A stretch of 24,820 bases of DNA. Source: a virus (Duplodnaviria > Caudoviricetes). The notes beneath the pieces were generated by a model, which saw nothing but the letters and a program-made list of their open reading frames with translations, did not search any database and had not been told where the DNA came from. Shown piece after piece: positions 1 through 8,413 of this stretch. How positions within the stretch are numbered: position 1 is the stretch's first letter; each line of letters begins with the position of its first letter. The stretch spans positions 1 through 24,820 of IMG/VR virus record IMGVR_UViG_3300044724_003389, one strand, 5' to 3'. Position numbers and translations under genes: made by a program.

Positions 1-618
1 TCTTACGGAATTGATTATAAGAATAGAGAGTTATATCTACACTCTTACATTGCAAACTCAGACGAAGATCCCGGCGTTGATTATAGAATGAGTACTACAT
101 TCTATAAGAATATTAGAATGTTAGATACCATGTCAAACGAGCCTATCATAGTCCATATGCACAGTATAGGTGGTAATTGGAATGATGGCATGGCCATATA
201 TGACTCCATATCTCTTTGCAAGTCGTATGTAACAATCGTAGTGTACGGACAAGCAGAGTCTATGAGTAGCATCATACTACAAGCGGCAGATAACAGGGTC
301 ATGACGCCTAACTCCTATTTCATGTGTCATTTTGGTTCTTCTGGATATTCAGGCAATTATTTAGATGTACAAAAAGGTGCAGCGTTTGAAAAGAAAATGA
401 CAGATGCCATGCTAAATATCTATACAGAGCAGTGTATGAGGGGTAAATACTTTAAAGAGCATTACAATGAACCAGAATTTGAAAAAGTAAAGAATTATCT
501 TAAAAGAAAACTCAAAGATGGAGACTGGTTCATGGAGGCTAACGAAGCCGTGTACTATGGTCTTGCAGATTGTGTTCTCGATACCAGAAAATGTAAGGAC
601 ATAGACAACCTAAAATGA
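1..618 (+). CDS. clpP: ClpP-like (peptidase S14) protease, 5'-truncated by the window edge
   Basis: Frame 1 is open from base 1 (SYGIDYKNRELYLHSY..., resembling the ClpP 'RxIxL' strand), so ATG 88 is probably not the true start. It has a 'HSIGG..DGMAIYD' motif and catalytic triad contexts AESMSSIILQA (Ser, 259-261), FMCH (His, 328-330) and GDWFMEANEAVYYGLAD (Asp, 523-525). Confidence 0.9.
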   Translation, partial: SYGIDYKNRELYLHSYIANSDEDPGVDYRMSTTFYKNIRMLDTMSNEPIIVHMHSIGGNWNDGMAIYDSISLCKSYVTIVVYGQAESMSSIILQAADNRVMTPNSYFMCHFGSSGYSGNYLDVQKGAAFEKKMTDAMLNIYTEQCMRGKYFKEHYNEPEFEKVKNYLKRKLKDGDWFMEANEAVYYGLADCVLDTRKCKDIDNLK

Positions 619-2588
619 GCGATCTAAAGAAAATAGACGAAGCTTGGCTTAACCTAGACGTACAAGATGACCAGTTATTCAATCCGTTCTCAGTGGTCAA
701 CTTTAGAGAAGACGATTTTCACTATAGGATGCTCTGGCTGATGACTAGACCAGAGTATTTCTCCTTCCTATGCAAACACGTATTCAATATAAATATATTA
801 CCATCTCAAGCTTTATTCCTTTGCGAAATGTGGAACAGAAGATTTCCCATGCTTATCGCAAGCCGTGGTTTCGGCAAATCGTTTATCTTGTCTCTATATT
901 CTATGATTCGCGCCCTCATTCTACCAGAGCGTAAAGTTGTTGTGGTAGGGGCTGCGTTTAGACAGTCTAAAGTTTTGTTTGAGTATATGGAGACTATTTG
1001 GAATAATTCTCCCGTACTAAGGAGTATGTGCGATGCAAACAGTGGACCAAGACGAGATGTTGATCGCTGCGTTATGCGTATCAATGGTTCTCGCGTCACT
1101 TGCCTCCCTCTTGGAGACGGACAAAAAATTAGGGGCCAGAGAGCTAACGATATTATTAGTGATGAATTTGCTTCTATTCCAAGGGATATCTTTGAAACTG
1201 TTGTTGCCGGTTTTGCTGCTGTTAGCTCTGATCCTATAGAAAACGTTAAAAGATTAGCTGCCAAAAAAAAGGCAGAGGAGCTTGGTATAATAACAGAAGA
1301 AGAATCAGATGCAGTCATAGAGAAAAAAGACAACCAAATTATCCTTAGCGGTACTGCCTATTATGACTTCAATCATTTTGCTGAATATTGGAAAAAGTGG
1401 AAATCTATAATCAAAAGCCAAGGAAAGCAAAGTAGGTTACGAGATATCTTTGGAGAAGACCCACCAAAGGATTTTAACTGGAAAGATTATTCAATTATAC
1501 GTATTCCTTACGAGCTTTTACCAGAAGGCTTTATGGACGCCTCACAGGTCGCTAGATCGAAGGCAACGGTCCATGCTGGTATTTATCAAATGGAGTTCGG
1601 AGCGTGCTTTACACGCGATTCTCAGGGCTTCTTTAAGCGTACACTGATTGAGGCTTGTGTTGCTAACGAAAAAGATCCAGTTAAAGATAGTGAAGGTAAA
1701 GATATTATCTTCCAAGCTCAACTACGTGGAGATCTTAAAAAGCATTATATATTTGGTGTTGACCCCGCTTCTGAGGTTGACAACTTTAGCATCGTTGTAA
1801 TAGAAGTCAACAAAGATCACAGACGAATTGTTCACTGCTGGACAACGAACAGAGAGCAGCATAAAGAAAAGGTCAAGAGTGGATACTCTTCAGAATCTGA
1901 TTTTTATGCCTATTGCGCTAGAAAAATTAGAGATCTAATGAAGATATTTCCATGTATTCATATCGCTATGGACGCTGGCGGTGGCGGCATTGCCGTCATG
2001 GAGTCTTTGCACGATCAAGACAAGATAAAAGACGGCGAAGTTGCAATATGGCCAACAATAGACGAAGATAAACCAAAAGACACAGATGATCAAAAAGGCT
2101 TACATATCCTTGAGATGTGTCAGTTCTCTAAGTATGACTGGTTGGCAGAGGCTAATCATGGTATGCGAAAAGATTTTGAAGATAAGGCACTATTATTTCC
2201 TATGTTCGATTCCATAAGTCTTGGTCTTTCAGAAATAGAAGATGAACTAAAAGGCAGAACCTTTGACACCCTAGAACAGTGTGTTATGGAGATAGAAGAT
2301 CTTAAAGACGAATTAGCCATGATCCAGATTACACAAACGAATACAGGTCGAGATAAGTGGGACACGCCAGAGACTGTTATCGGGACAGGCAAGAAGGGTA
2401 AACTCAGAAAAGACCGTTACTCCGCACTATTAATGGCTAATATGGCCGCTAGAACGCTCGCTAGACTACCAGAGGCCAGCGTCTATAATTTCTATGGCGG
2501 TTTTGCTACAGTCGAAAAGGTAGACAAGAAAGGCGACCTGTATAGCGGTCCCAATTGGTTTACAGATTCCGTAAGTGATATTTACTGA
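615..2588 (+). CDS. terL: Phage terminase large subunit
   Basis: Walker A-like ASRGFGKS, 'KIRGQRAN', Walker B IISDEFAS, motif III ILSGTA, RNase H-like nuclease motifs FGVDPA and KDRYSAL. It precedes the portal and has an ATGA overlap with the upstream gene. Confidence 0.93.
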   Translation: MSDLKKIDEAWLNLDVQDDQLFNPFSVVNFREDDFHYRMLWLMTRPEYFSFLCKHVFNINILPSQALFLCEMWNRRFPMLIASRGFGKSFILSLYSMIRALILPERKVVVVGAAFRQSKVLFEYMETIWNNSPVLRSMCDANSGPRRDVDRCVMRINGSRVTCLPLGDGQKIRGQRANDIISDEFASIPRDIFETVVAGFAAVSSDPIENVKRLAAKKKAEELGIITEEESDAVIEKKDNQIILSGTAYYDFNHFAEYWKKWKSIIKSQGKQSRLRDIFGEDPPKDFNWKDYSIIRIPYELLPEGFMDASQVARSKATVHAGIYQMEFGACFTRDSQGFFKRTLIEACVANEKDPVKDSEGKDIIFQAQLRGDLKKHYIFGVDPASEVDNFSIVVIEVNKDHRRIVHCWTTNREQHKEKVKSGYSSESDFYAYCARKIRDLMKIFPCIHIAMDAGGGGIAVMESLHDQDKIKDGEVAIWPTIDEDKPKDTDDQKGLHILEMCQFSKYDWLAEANHGMRKDFEDKALLFPMFDSISLGLSEIEDELKGRTFDTLEQCVMEIEDLKDELAMIQITQTNTGRDKWDTPETVIGTGKKGKLRKDRYSALLMANMAARTLARLPEASVYNFYGGFATVEKVDKKGDLYSGPNWFTDSVSDIY

Positions 2589-2599
2589 TTTTCACGAGA

Positions 2600-2611
2600 T
2601 TTGTGTATACT
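2600..2611 (+). promoter_or_regulatory. Putative late promoter motif TTTGTGTATACT upstream of portal
   Basis: One of four intergenic copies of TTTGTGTATA, here ending in a -10-like TATACT. Confidence 0.6.
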
Positions 2612-2658
2612 ATAGTAGACATTCTAAATCCATTTGAATTCATTGCATAGGAATCAAA

Positions 2659-4674
2659 ATGACTAAAGACCCCAGAGAATCGCTTATAACTTGGAACGAC
2701 GCCGACGCTGCCGGTAAGGCTAGAGCGTTTGAAGAGTTTTCTTCGGCTCAAGAGGCTTACGAGGGCGTTTCTAAGGCTTACCATAGAGAGTATTTGGATA
2801 TTGAACCAAATAGATCCGTAAGGCCCAGCTTTACTAGTCAAGATTACTACGCCTTTAGGCCAGAAGAGCAGGTTCCAAGAAGGTCCAAGCGTATCATAAA
2901 AATGTGCATGGATGCTTATGATAAAGTTGGAATTGTTCGCAATGTTATTGATCTCATGGGGGACTTTGGTAGTCAAGGTATAAATATTGTTCATGAGAAC
3001 AAAAGTGTAGAGAAGTTTTACCAACAGTGGTTTAAAAAGTGTAACGGTAAAGAGAGATCTGAAAGATTCCTAAACAACCTTTACAGAACTGGTCAAGTTT
3101 TCGTATACAAAAGCTATGCTAGTATCACACCAGAAATCACCACATACGTCAAGTCTTTAGCCAAAGACATCACCTTAGAAGTTCCAAATATTGATCAGAA
3201 CGTTGTTCCTTGGAGATATAATTTTCTAAATCCAATGAACATAGACTACAAGGATGGCGCAGTAAATCTTTTTCTTGGAGTGAAGAATTACGAGCTTACC
3301 GCGCAGACATTTTTTGATAACTTTAAAGACGGTGGCGTTCCAAAGAAAATGATGGAGAGCCTACCCCCTAACGTGAAGAACGCTATACAGAGCGGCAAAA
3401 AGAAGATCGCGCTAGAAGAAGATAGGTTAAGCGTATTCTACTATAAAAAAGACGACTGGCAGCAGTGGGCGCATCCTCTTACTTATGCAATTCTCGATGA
3501 TATTATAATGCTAGAAAAGATGAGACTTGCTGACTTATCTGCTCTTGATGGCGCTATCTCCAACATTAGACTATGGACTCTTGGCAGTCTTGACCATAAG
3601 ATTCTCCCTAATAGAGCAGCTATCAACAAGCTTCGCAATATCTTAGCTAGCAATGTTGGTGGAGGCACTATGGAATTAGTCTGGGGTCCAGAACTTTCTT
3701 ATACTGAGTCCAACAGTCAGGTGTACAAATTTTTAGGCTCTGAGAAATATACGTCTGTACTCAATAGCATCTACGCTGGTCTAGGTGTTCCTCCAACCCT
3801 AACTGGTGCTGTTGGCCAGAGCGGTGGTTTTACTAACAACTTTATCTCGCTAAAAACACTTGTAGAAAGATTACAATACGGTCGTGATCAACTTGCTAAG
3901 TTCTGGGAGGCTGAAATTGAATACATTAGAAAAGCTATGGGCTTTAGAAAGCCAGCCCATATTACATTTGACCAAATGAGCTTATCTGACGAGTCTGCTG
4001 AAAAGAACCTTCTGATTCAGCTTGCAGATAGGGATATTATATCTCATGAAACGATCCTTGAGAGATTTAAAGAAATTCCAAGCGTAGAAAAGATGAGACT
4101 AAAAAGAGAGCAAAAAGATAGGGTAAATCCAGACCTTCCAGACAAGGCTAGCCCTTTCCATAACGCTAATCATAAGCAGGACATGGAGAAGATTGACCGT
4201 CAGGGAGAACTCAACAAGCAAGCTCAGGAATCTAAACAGACCCCTAAAAATGACAACGGAAGACCTCCGCTCAAACAGGACGATGGACCAAGAAAGAAAA
4301 GGGTTGACACACCTCGATCAAAACCCGGAGTTGCTGAACTTGTATCTTGGACCAGTGAAACTTTCGATGTTGTTTCTGATACTATAAACAAGGCTTACCT
4401 TGCTATCAACGCAAAGAAAAACCTTAGACAGTTAACGAAAGATCAGATCTGTGATCTAGAAAATTTAAAAGTTCAAACCCTTGCAAGTCTTGAAATACTA
4501 AAGGATGTAGATGAAACTATTGTAGCAGAAGCTATCAACAATATTAAAAATACCCCTATAGAATTAAAAAACCTATTAAAAACAAACAAAGTCTCAGCTT
4601 CTGAACTACCAATTAATTCTTACAAGAAGAAGCTCATTGGGGTCTATGTTGAGTATTTACTCGGCCAGTTTTAA
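2659..4674 (+). CDS. Phage portal protein
   Basis: Lies between terL and the protease, 671 aa. Portal-like segments 'YDKVGIVRNVIDLMGDF' and 'IYAGLGVPPTL', a late 'DRDIISHETILE' helix, and a low-complexity C-terminal extension. Confidence 0.85.
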   Translation: MTKDPRESLITWNDADAAGKARAFEEFSSAQEAYEGVSKAYHREYLDIEPNRSVRPSFTSQDYYAFRPEEQVPRRSKRIIKMCMDAYDKVGIVRNVIDLMGDFGSQGINIVHENKSVEKFYQQWFKKCNGKERSERFLNNLYRTGQVFVYKSYASITPEITTYVKSLAKDITLEVPNIDQNVVPWRYNFLNPMNIDYKDGAVNLFLGVKNYELTAQTFFDNFKDGGVPKKMMESLPPNVKNAIQSGKKKIALEEDRLSVFYYKKDDWQQWAHPLTYAILDDIIMLEKMRLADLSALDGAISNIRLWTLGSLDHKILPNRAAINKLRNILASNVGGGTMELVWGPELSYTESNSQVYKFLGSEKYTSVLNSIYAGLGVPPTLTGAVGQSGGFTNNFISLKTLVERLQYGRDQLAKFWEAEIEYIRKAMGFRKPAHITFDQMSLSDESAEKNLLIQLADRDIISHETILERFKEIPSVEKMRLKREQKDRVNPDLPDKASPFHNANHKQDMEKIDRQGELNKQAQESKQTPKNDNGRPPLKQDDGPRKKRVDTPRSKPGVAELVSWTSETFDVVSDTINKAYLAINAKKNLRQLTKDQICDLENLKVQTLASLEILKDVDETIVAEAINNIKNTPIELKNLLKTNKVSASELPINSYKKKLIGVYVEYLLGQF

Positions 4675-4698
4675 GCCTTTTTTGATTTTTTTCTTTTT

Positions 4699-4710
4699 TT
4701 TGTGTATAAA
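4699..4710 (+). promoter_or_regulatory. Putative late promoter motif TTTGTGTATAAA upstream of protease/scaffold
   Basis: Second copy of the motif, preceded by a long T-rich run and followed by SD GAGGT (4716-4720) and ATG 4728. Confidence 0.6.
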
Positions 4711-4727
4711 CCACTGAGGTAAAAAAT

Positions 4728-6227
4728 ATGAGCATAAAAATATATCAAAAAGAAATCGAAGACGGCATTGGCGATCTCATTAAGAGTACCGCCAGTGTTG
4801 CGTATTGCTCTGAAGCTACTGTCAAAAAGGGCGAGTTAGCGGTCGCTAAAGAAGTGATCTCTGATAAAGAAGTTCTTGAAAGAGTAGTGGCAGAAAACAA
4901 AGACCAAATAGACCTTTATTATTTAGAGTCAGTTCTTGTATCTACCGGTTGGAACAAGAACGATGATGTCTTTTTATCAGACGCTACTTGGGCTGCTAGA
5001 AATACCCCAGAAGACAAGCAGTTCAATTTTATGCACAACGAGAATGACATTATAGGACACATAACTGGAAGTTACGTCTTAACAAAAGACGGTAAAGCTG
5101 TTGCTGATGACGACAATGCCAAGCCAGATGAGTTTGACATTATCACACAAGCTGTGCTTTATAATAGTTGGACCAACGATGAGAATAGGGAAAGGATGCA
5201 GCGAATCATTGCCGAGATCAAAGAAGGCAAATGGTTCGTTTCTATGGAGTGCCTATTTGCCGGTTTTGATTATGCCCTTACTGGTGAAGATGGTGTTGGT
5301 AAAATTTTAGCGAGAAGCGATGAATCAGCATTTTTAACTAAACACTTGAGATCTTATGGTGGAACCGGAGAATATGAAGGGTATAAGGTAGGTAGGGCGC
5401 TAAGAAATATATCATTTTCAGGAAAAGGCTTGGTAGAAAAACCAGCTAATTCCAGAAGTATAATTCTAAGTGGAAACACATCAGCAAACGTAAAATTTGA
5501 TTTAGAAGATTGTAACTCTAAACTTTCAATAGGAGATGTAAATATGTCAGATAACACGCTGTTAGAGAAGCAGTTGGCTGACGTTCAGACTCAGCTTGCA
5601 GAAGCTAAGGCTGAAAACGAAGCTATTAAAGCTAAAGTCGAAGAAGCTAAAGAAAAAGAATTTGCTTCGCAGATTGAGGCTTTTGAAACTGCCGCCGAAG
5701 AAAGCAAGGCGACTATTGATGAGCTTAATGAGCTTGTCAAGTCTACTCAGGCACGCATTGCTGAACTCGAAGACGCTTTGACTCAATCCAATGAACAACT
5801 CGCTCAAGCGAAAGAACACATGGATGAGATGAAGAAGAAAGAGAAGATGGAGAAGCGCAAAGCCGCTCTTATCGAGGCTGGTTTTGAGCAAGAAGATGTA
5901 GAAGCAACTCTTGCTGCTTTTGATGCTCTTGAAGATGAAGCCTTTGATACTGTCGTCGCTATGTACGGCAAAAAGAAGGAAAAGAAAAAAGACGAAGCAG
6001 AAGCCGGTATGCCTCCCGAAGTAAAGGAAGCTATCGAAAAGAAGAAAAAAGAAAAAGAAGCTAAAGCCGATGAAGAAGAAGCTGAAGCTGAACTTAATCA
6101 AGAGGCTTTCGAGGAAGTCGAAACATCTGAAGCTGCTTTGGTAGAAGCTGACGAGTTCGATCCTGTTGAAGCAACGAGAGCTAGTGTTGCTGATTGGCTC
6201 ACAAACCATGTACTTTCTAACAAATGA
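4728..6227 (+). CDS. Prohead maturation protease fused to scaffolding protein
   Basis: N-terminal half has 'WNKNDDVF', 'FNFMH..IIGHI' and 'FVSMEC' (His/Ser contexts typical of phage prohead proteases). C-terminal half is an E/K/A-rich coiled coil. Position is between portal and capsid genes. Confidence 0.8.
   Translation: MSIKIYQKEIEDGIGDLIKSTASVAYCSEATVKKGELAVAKEVISDKEVLERVVAENKDQIDLYYLESVLVSTGWNKNDDVFLSDATWAARNTPEDKQFNFMHNENDIIGHITGSYVLTKDGKAVADDDNAKPDEFDIITQAVLYNSWTNDENRERMQRIIAEIKEGKWFVSMECLFAGFDYALTGEDGVGKILARSDESAFLTKHLRSYGGTGEYEGYKVGRALRNISFSGKGLVEKPANSRSIILSGNTSANVKFDLEDCNSKLSIGDVNMSDNTLLEKQLADVQTQLAEAKAENEAIKAKVEEAKEKEFASQIEAFETAAEESKATIDELNELVKSTQARIAELEDALTQSNEQLAQAKEHMDEMKKKEKMEKRKAALIEAGFEQEDVEATLAAFDALEDEAFDTVVAMYGKKKEKKKDEAEAGMPPEVKEAIEKKKKEKEAKADEEEAEAELNQEAFEEVETSEAALVEADEFDPVEATRASVADWLTNHVLSNK
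5544..6227 (+). CDS. Nested in-frame scaffolding protein (internal start, 227 aa)
   Basis: AGGAG at 5531-5535 lies 8 nt before an in-frame ATG at 5544 (MSDNTLLEKQL...), exactly where the coiled coil begins. Confidence 0.7.
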   Translation: MSDNTLLEKQLADVQTQLAEAKAENEAIKAKVEEAKEKEFASQIEAFETAAEESKATIDELNELVKSTQARIAELEDALTQSNEQLAQAKEHMDEMKKKEKMEKRKAALIEAGFEQEDVEATLAAFDALEDEAFDTVVAMYGKKKEKKKDEAEAGMPPEVKEAIEKKKKEKEAKADEEEAEAELNQEAFEEVETSEAALVEADEFDPVEATRASVADWLTNHVLSNK

Positions 6228-6244
6228 ACAAGGAGAACTGAACT

Positions 6245-6745
6245 ATGGCTCTTAAATTAGATAGATATGAAGAATCTACTGACATCAGCTTTTTCTACAA
6301 CGAAGGCACTGCCACTCGTGGTGGAGTTGTTGTTTTAGATGCAGCTGCTGTTGCTGGCGCTTCTGGCGCAGCATTGGATCAGGGCGAAAACTTGGTGAAG
6401 TATGCAGCCGCGACCGCCACAAGCGTCCCGGTTGGTATTTTGCTGAATGACGTTGTTAATAAGGACTTAACCAGAACTCACCTTAATCAATATAAGGATG
6501 AAGTTCAAAAGGGCGGTAAAGTTACTGTCTTGACGCGCGGTTGGGTTGTTACCAGCAATGTTGAAGGTAATCCAAAGGCCGGTGATTTGGCTTTTGCTTC
6601 TTCGACTTCGGTTGGAAGTATTTGTAACGGAACAACTTTTGCTGCTCAGTCTGGTGAGCTTGCTATTGGACGTTTTATGTCCAGCAAGGACGCCGATGGA
6701 TATGCAAAGGTTTATGTCAACCTTCCTAACACCTACGGCTCTTGA
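6245..6745 (+). CDS. Head decoration / capsid cement protein
   Basis: 166 aa, Ala/Gly/Val-rich, with 'PVGILLNDV' and 'KVTVLTRGWV' beta motifs. Sits between scaffold and major capsid protein, SD AGGAG at 6231-6235. Confidence 0.7.
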   Translation: MALKLDRYEESTDISFFYNEGTATRGGVVVLDAAAVAGASGAALDQGENLVKYAAATATSVPVGILLNDVVNKDLTRTHLNQYKDEVQKGGKVTVLTRGWVVTSNVEGNPKAGDLAFASSTSVGSICNGTTFAAQSGELAIGRFMSSKDADGYAKVYVNLPNTYGS

Positions 6746-6772
6746 TACGCCCTAACTTAAAGGAGATTAATA

Positions 6773-7777
6773 ATGCAAACTGAAAGACCAAGTGATGAAT
6801 TCATCTCGCTGCTCAGAAAATCTGGCGACAGCGATCAGAACGTTGCTTATGCAGCACAGCGAGAATTCGCTAAAGCTTTAGAACTTCCTTTGCGTAAGGG
6901 TGTTCTTATTGGTAATATTCTCGGAGACATCTTCGAGACTATTAATGTCGAGCCGGGAGCTTCCACAGAGTACCCTCTCGATTTAATTTCTCCGGGACTT
7001 GAAGGTGAGCATATCGCTTACACCAATCCCGGTCACGGTCGTATCCCAGAACGAGCGGTCGAAAGCGATTACGTCACCATTCCTACTTACAGCATCACTA
7101 GCTCGATTGATTTCTTGCTTCGTTATGCTCGTGAGGCTCGTTGGGATATTGTGGCTCGCGCTATGCAGGCTCTCGAAGCTGGTTTCACCAAGAAGATGAA
7201 CGACGATGGCTGGCACACCATTTTGGCTGCTGGTGTTGATCGTAACATCTTGGTATACGATGGTGATGCAACCGCTGGCTTGTTCAGCAAGAGACTCGTC
7301 TCTTTAATGCAGACTACCATGCGTCGTAACGCTGGTGGTAACACAGGTTCTGCAAATCGCGGACGCTTGACAGACCTTTACGTTTCGCCAGAAGCTCTGG
7401 AAGATGTGCGTAACTGGGGTCTTGATCAGGTTGACGAGGTAACTCGTCGTGAGATCTACACCGCAAGCGAAGGTGGCGCTCCCATCACTCGCGTCTTTGG
7501 TGTTAACCTCCGCGATCTCGACGAGCTTGGAGAAGGTCAGGAATACCAGACTTTCTTCACTGACGGGCTTGGCGGTAGCGTTCAGGCTGCTGACCTTGAA
7601 TTGGTTGTTGGGCTTGACCAAGGCGCAAACGACAGCTTCATCATGCCAATGAAGCAGCAAATGCAAGTCTTTGAAGATCCTGCGCTTCACAGACAACAGC
7701 GTGCTGGCTACTATGGCTGGGCTGAACTTGGCTTTGCAGTCCTAGATAATAGAAGAATTATCTTAGGCTCGTTCTAA
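6773..7777 (+). CDS. Major capsid protein (HK97-fold expected)
   Basis: 334 aa at the end of the head module, strong SD (AGGAG 6761-6765), followed by a terminator. MCP-like 'LYVSPE' and C-terminal 'GYYGWAELGFAVLDNRRI'. Confidence 0.85.
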   Translation: MQTERPSDEFISLLRKSGDSDQNVAYAAQREFAKALELPLRKGVLIGNILGDIFETINVEPGASTEYPLDLISPGLEGEHIAYTNPGHGRIPERAVESDYVTIPTYSITSSIDFLLRYAREARWDIVARAMQALEAGFTKKMNDDGWHTILAAGVDRNILVYDGDATAGLFSKRLVSLMQTTMRRNAGGNTGSANRGRLTDLYVSPEALEDVRNWGLDQVDEVTRREIYTASEGGAPITRVFGVNLRDLDELGEGQEYQTFFTDGLGGSVQAADLELVVGLDQGANDSFIMPMKQQMQVFEDPALHRQQRAGYYGWAELGFAVLDNRRIILGSF

Positions 7778-7799
7778 TCGCCCTTGACAGTCTGAATAA

Positions 7800-7841
7800 T
7801 AAAGAGTCATTCCTGATAATATTGGGAATGGCTCTTTTTTT
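7800..7841 (+). terminator. Intrinsic terminator after the major capsid gene
   Basis: AAAGAGTCATTCC ... GGAATGGCTCTTT inverted repeat (one G-U pair) followed by a T7 run. Confidence 0.85.
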
Positions 7842-7850
7842 GTGTATAAT
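7839..7850 (+). promoter_or_regulatory. Putative late promoter motif TTTGTGTATAAT
   Basis: Third copy, overlapping the terminator T-run. SD AGGAGGT (7884-7890) and ATG 7899 follow. Confidence 0.65.
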
Positions 7851-7898
7851 AGGGTGTAATCACAGTCTCATTAAAGGACTTTTAGGAGGTAAAAATAC

Positions 7899-8399
7899 AT
7901 GGCTTCTTTATCTGACTATTTAGAATCAGGTCTGCTCCACCACCTTTTTAGGGGTGAAACGTTTGCAAAGCCAGCAAATATCGCTATCGCTTTATGTTCC
8001 GGTGTGCCAGCTGAATCTTGCGACGGCAACGCGCAATACCTTGGAGGCACTTTACCAGAGCTGCCATCTGGTGACGCAGCAGGAAACGATACTGGCTATA
8101 GAAGAATTGATCTTGGTGATCCATCAAGCGTTGGAAGCTCAAAATGGGAGTATAATCTTGAAGATCATGCTGCCGGTAGCGGACTTATAAAAAACGCTTC
8201 TTCATTTTTATTCGACGAGGGCGATGGAAGCGCCGCGCTTGTTGATTGGGGGTGGGTATCTGGCATTGCCATTGTAGACTCTGGAGAGTATGGTACCGGA
8301 AACCTTCTCATGTATGCCGCTTTAGACAACCCAAGGATTATTTACACTGGTGACACTGTGAAGTTTGACACTTCAACACTTCAAATTAAATTTAACTAA
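7899..8399 (+). CDS. Conserved small virion structural protein (tail/fibre-associated)
   Basis: Matches a widespread phage family pattern I recognise: 'LSDYLE..LLHHLFRG....P..I.IAL', 'GY.RI', 'WG.V..IAI.D....GNLL.YAAL...R.I..GD.VKF'. Exact role is not determinable from sequence. Confidence 0.7.
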   Translation: MASLSDYLESGLLHHLFRGETFAKPANIAIALCSGVPAESCDGNAQYLGGTLPELPSGDAAGNDTGYRRIDLGDPSSVGSSKWEYNLEDHAAGSGLIKNASSFLFDEGDGSAALVDWGWVSGIAIVDSGEYGTGNLLMYAALDNPRIIYTGDTVKFDTSTLQIKFN

Positions 8400-8413
8400 G
8401 TATAGGTGTCGCC

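Noticed and set aside
88-618. ATG 88 as the start of the ClpP-like gene
   Set aside because: The frame is open to base 1 with ClpP-like sequence and there is no clear SD before 88, so the real start is probably upstream of the window.
4663-4700. Possible terminator after the portal gene
   Set aside because: There is a long T-rich run but only a 3-bp GGC/GCC stem. It is better read as the upstream flank of the promoter motif.
5562-6209. 215-aa minus-strand Phe-rich ORF
   Set aside because: Antisense shadow of the Lys/Glu-rich scaffold codons.
7784-7850. TTGACA (7784-7789) plus TATAAT (7845-7850) as a sigma70 promoter
   Set aside because: The boxes are 55 nt apart with the terminator between them, and there is no -10 at 17-nt spacing.
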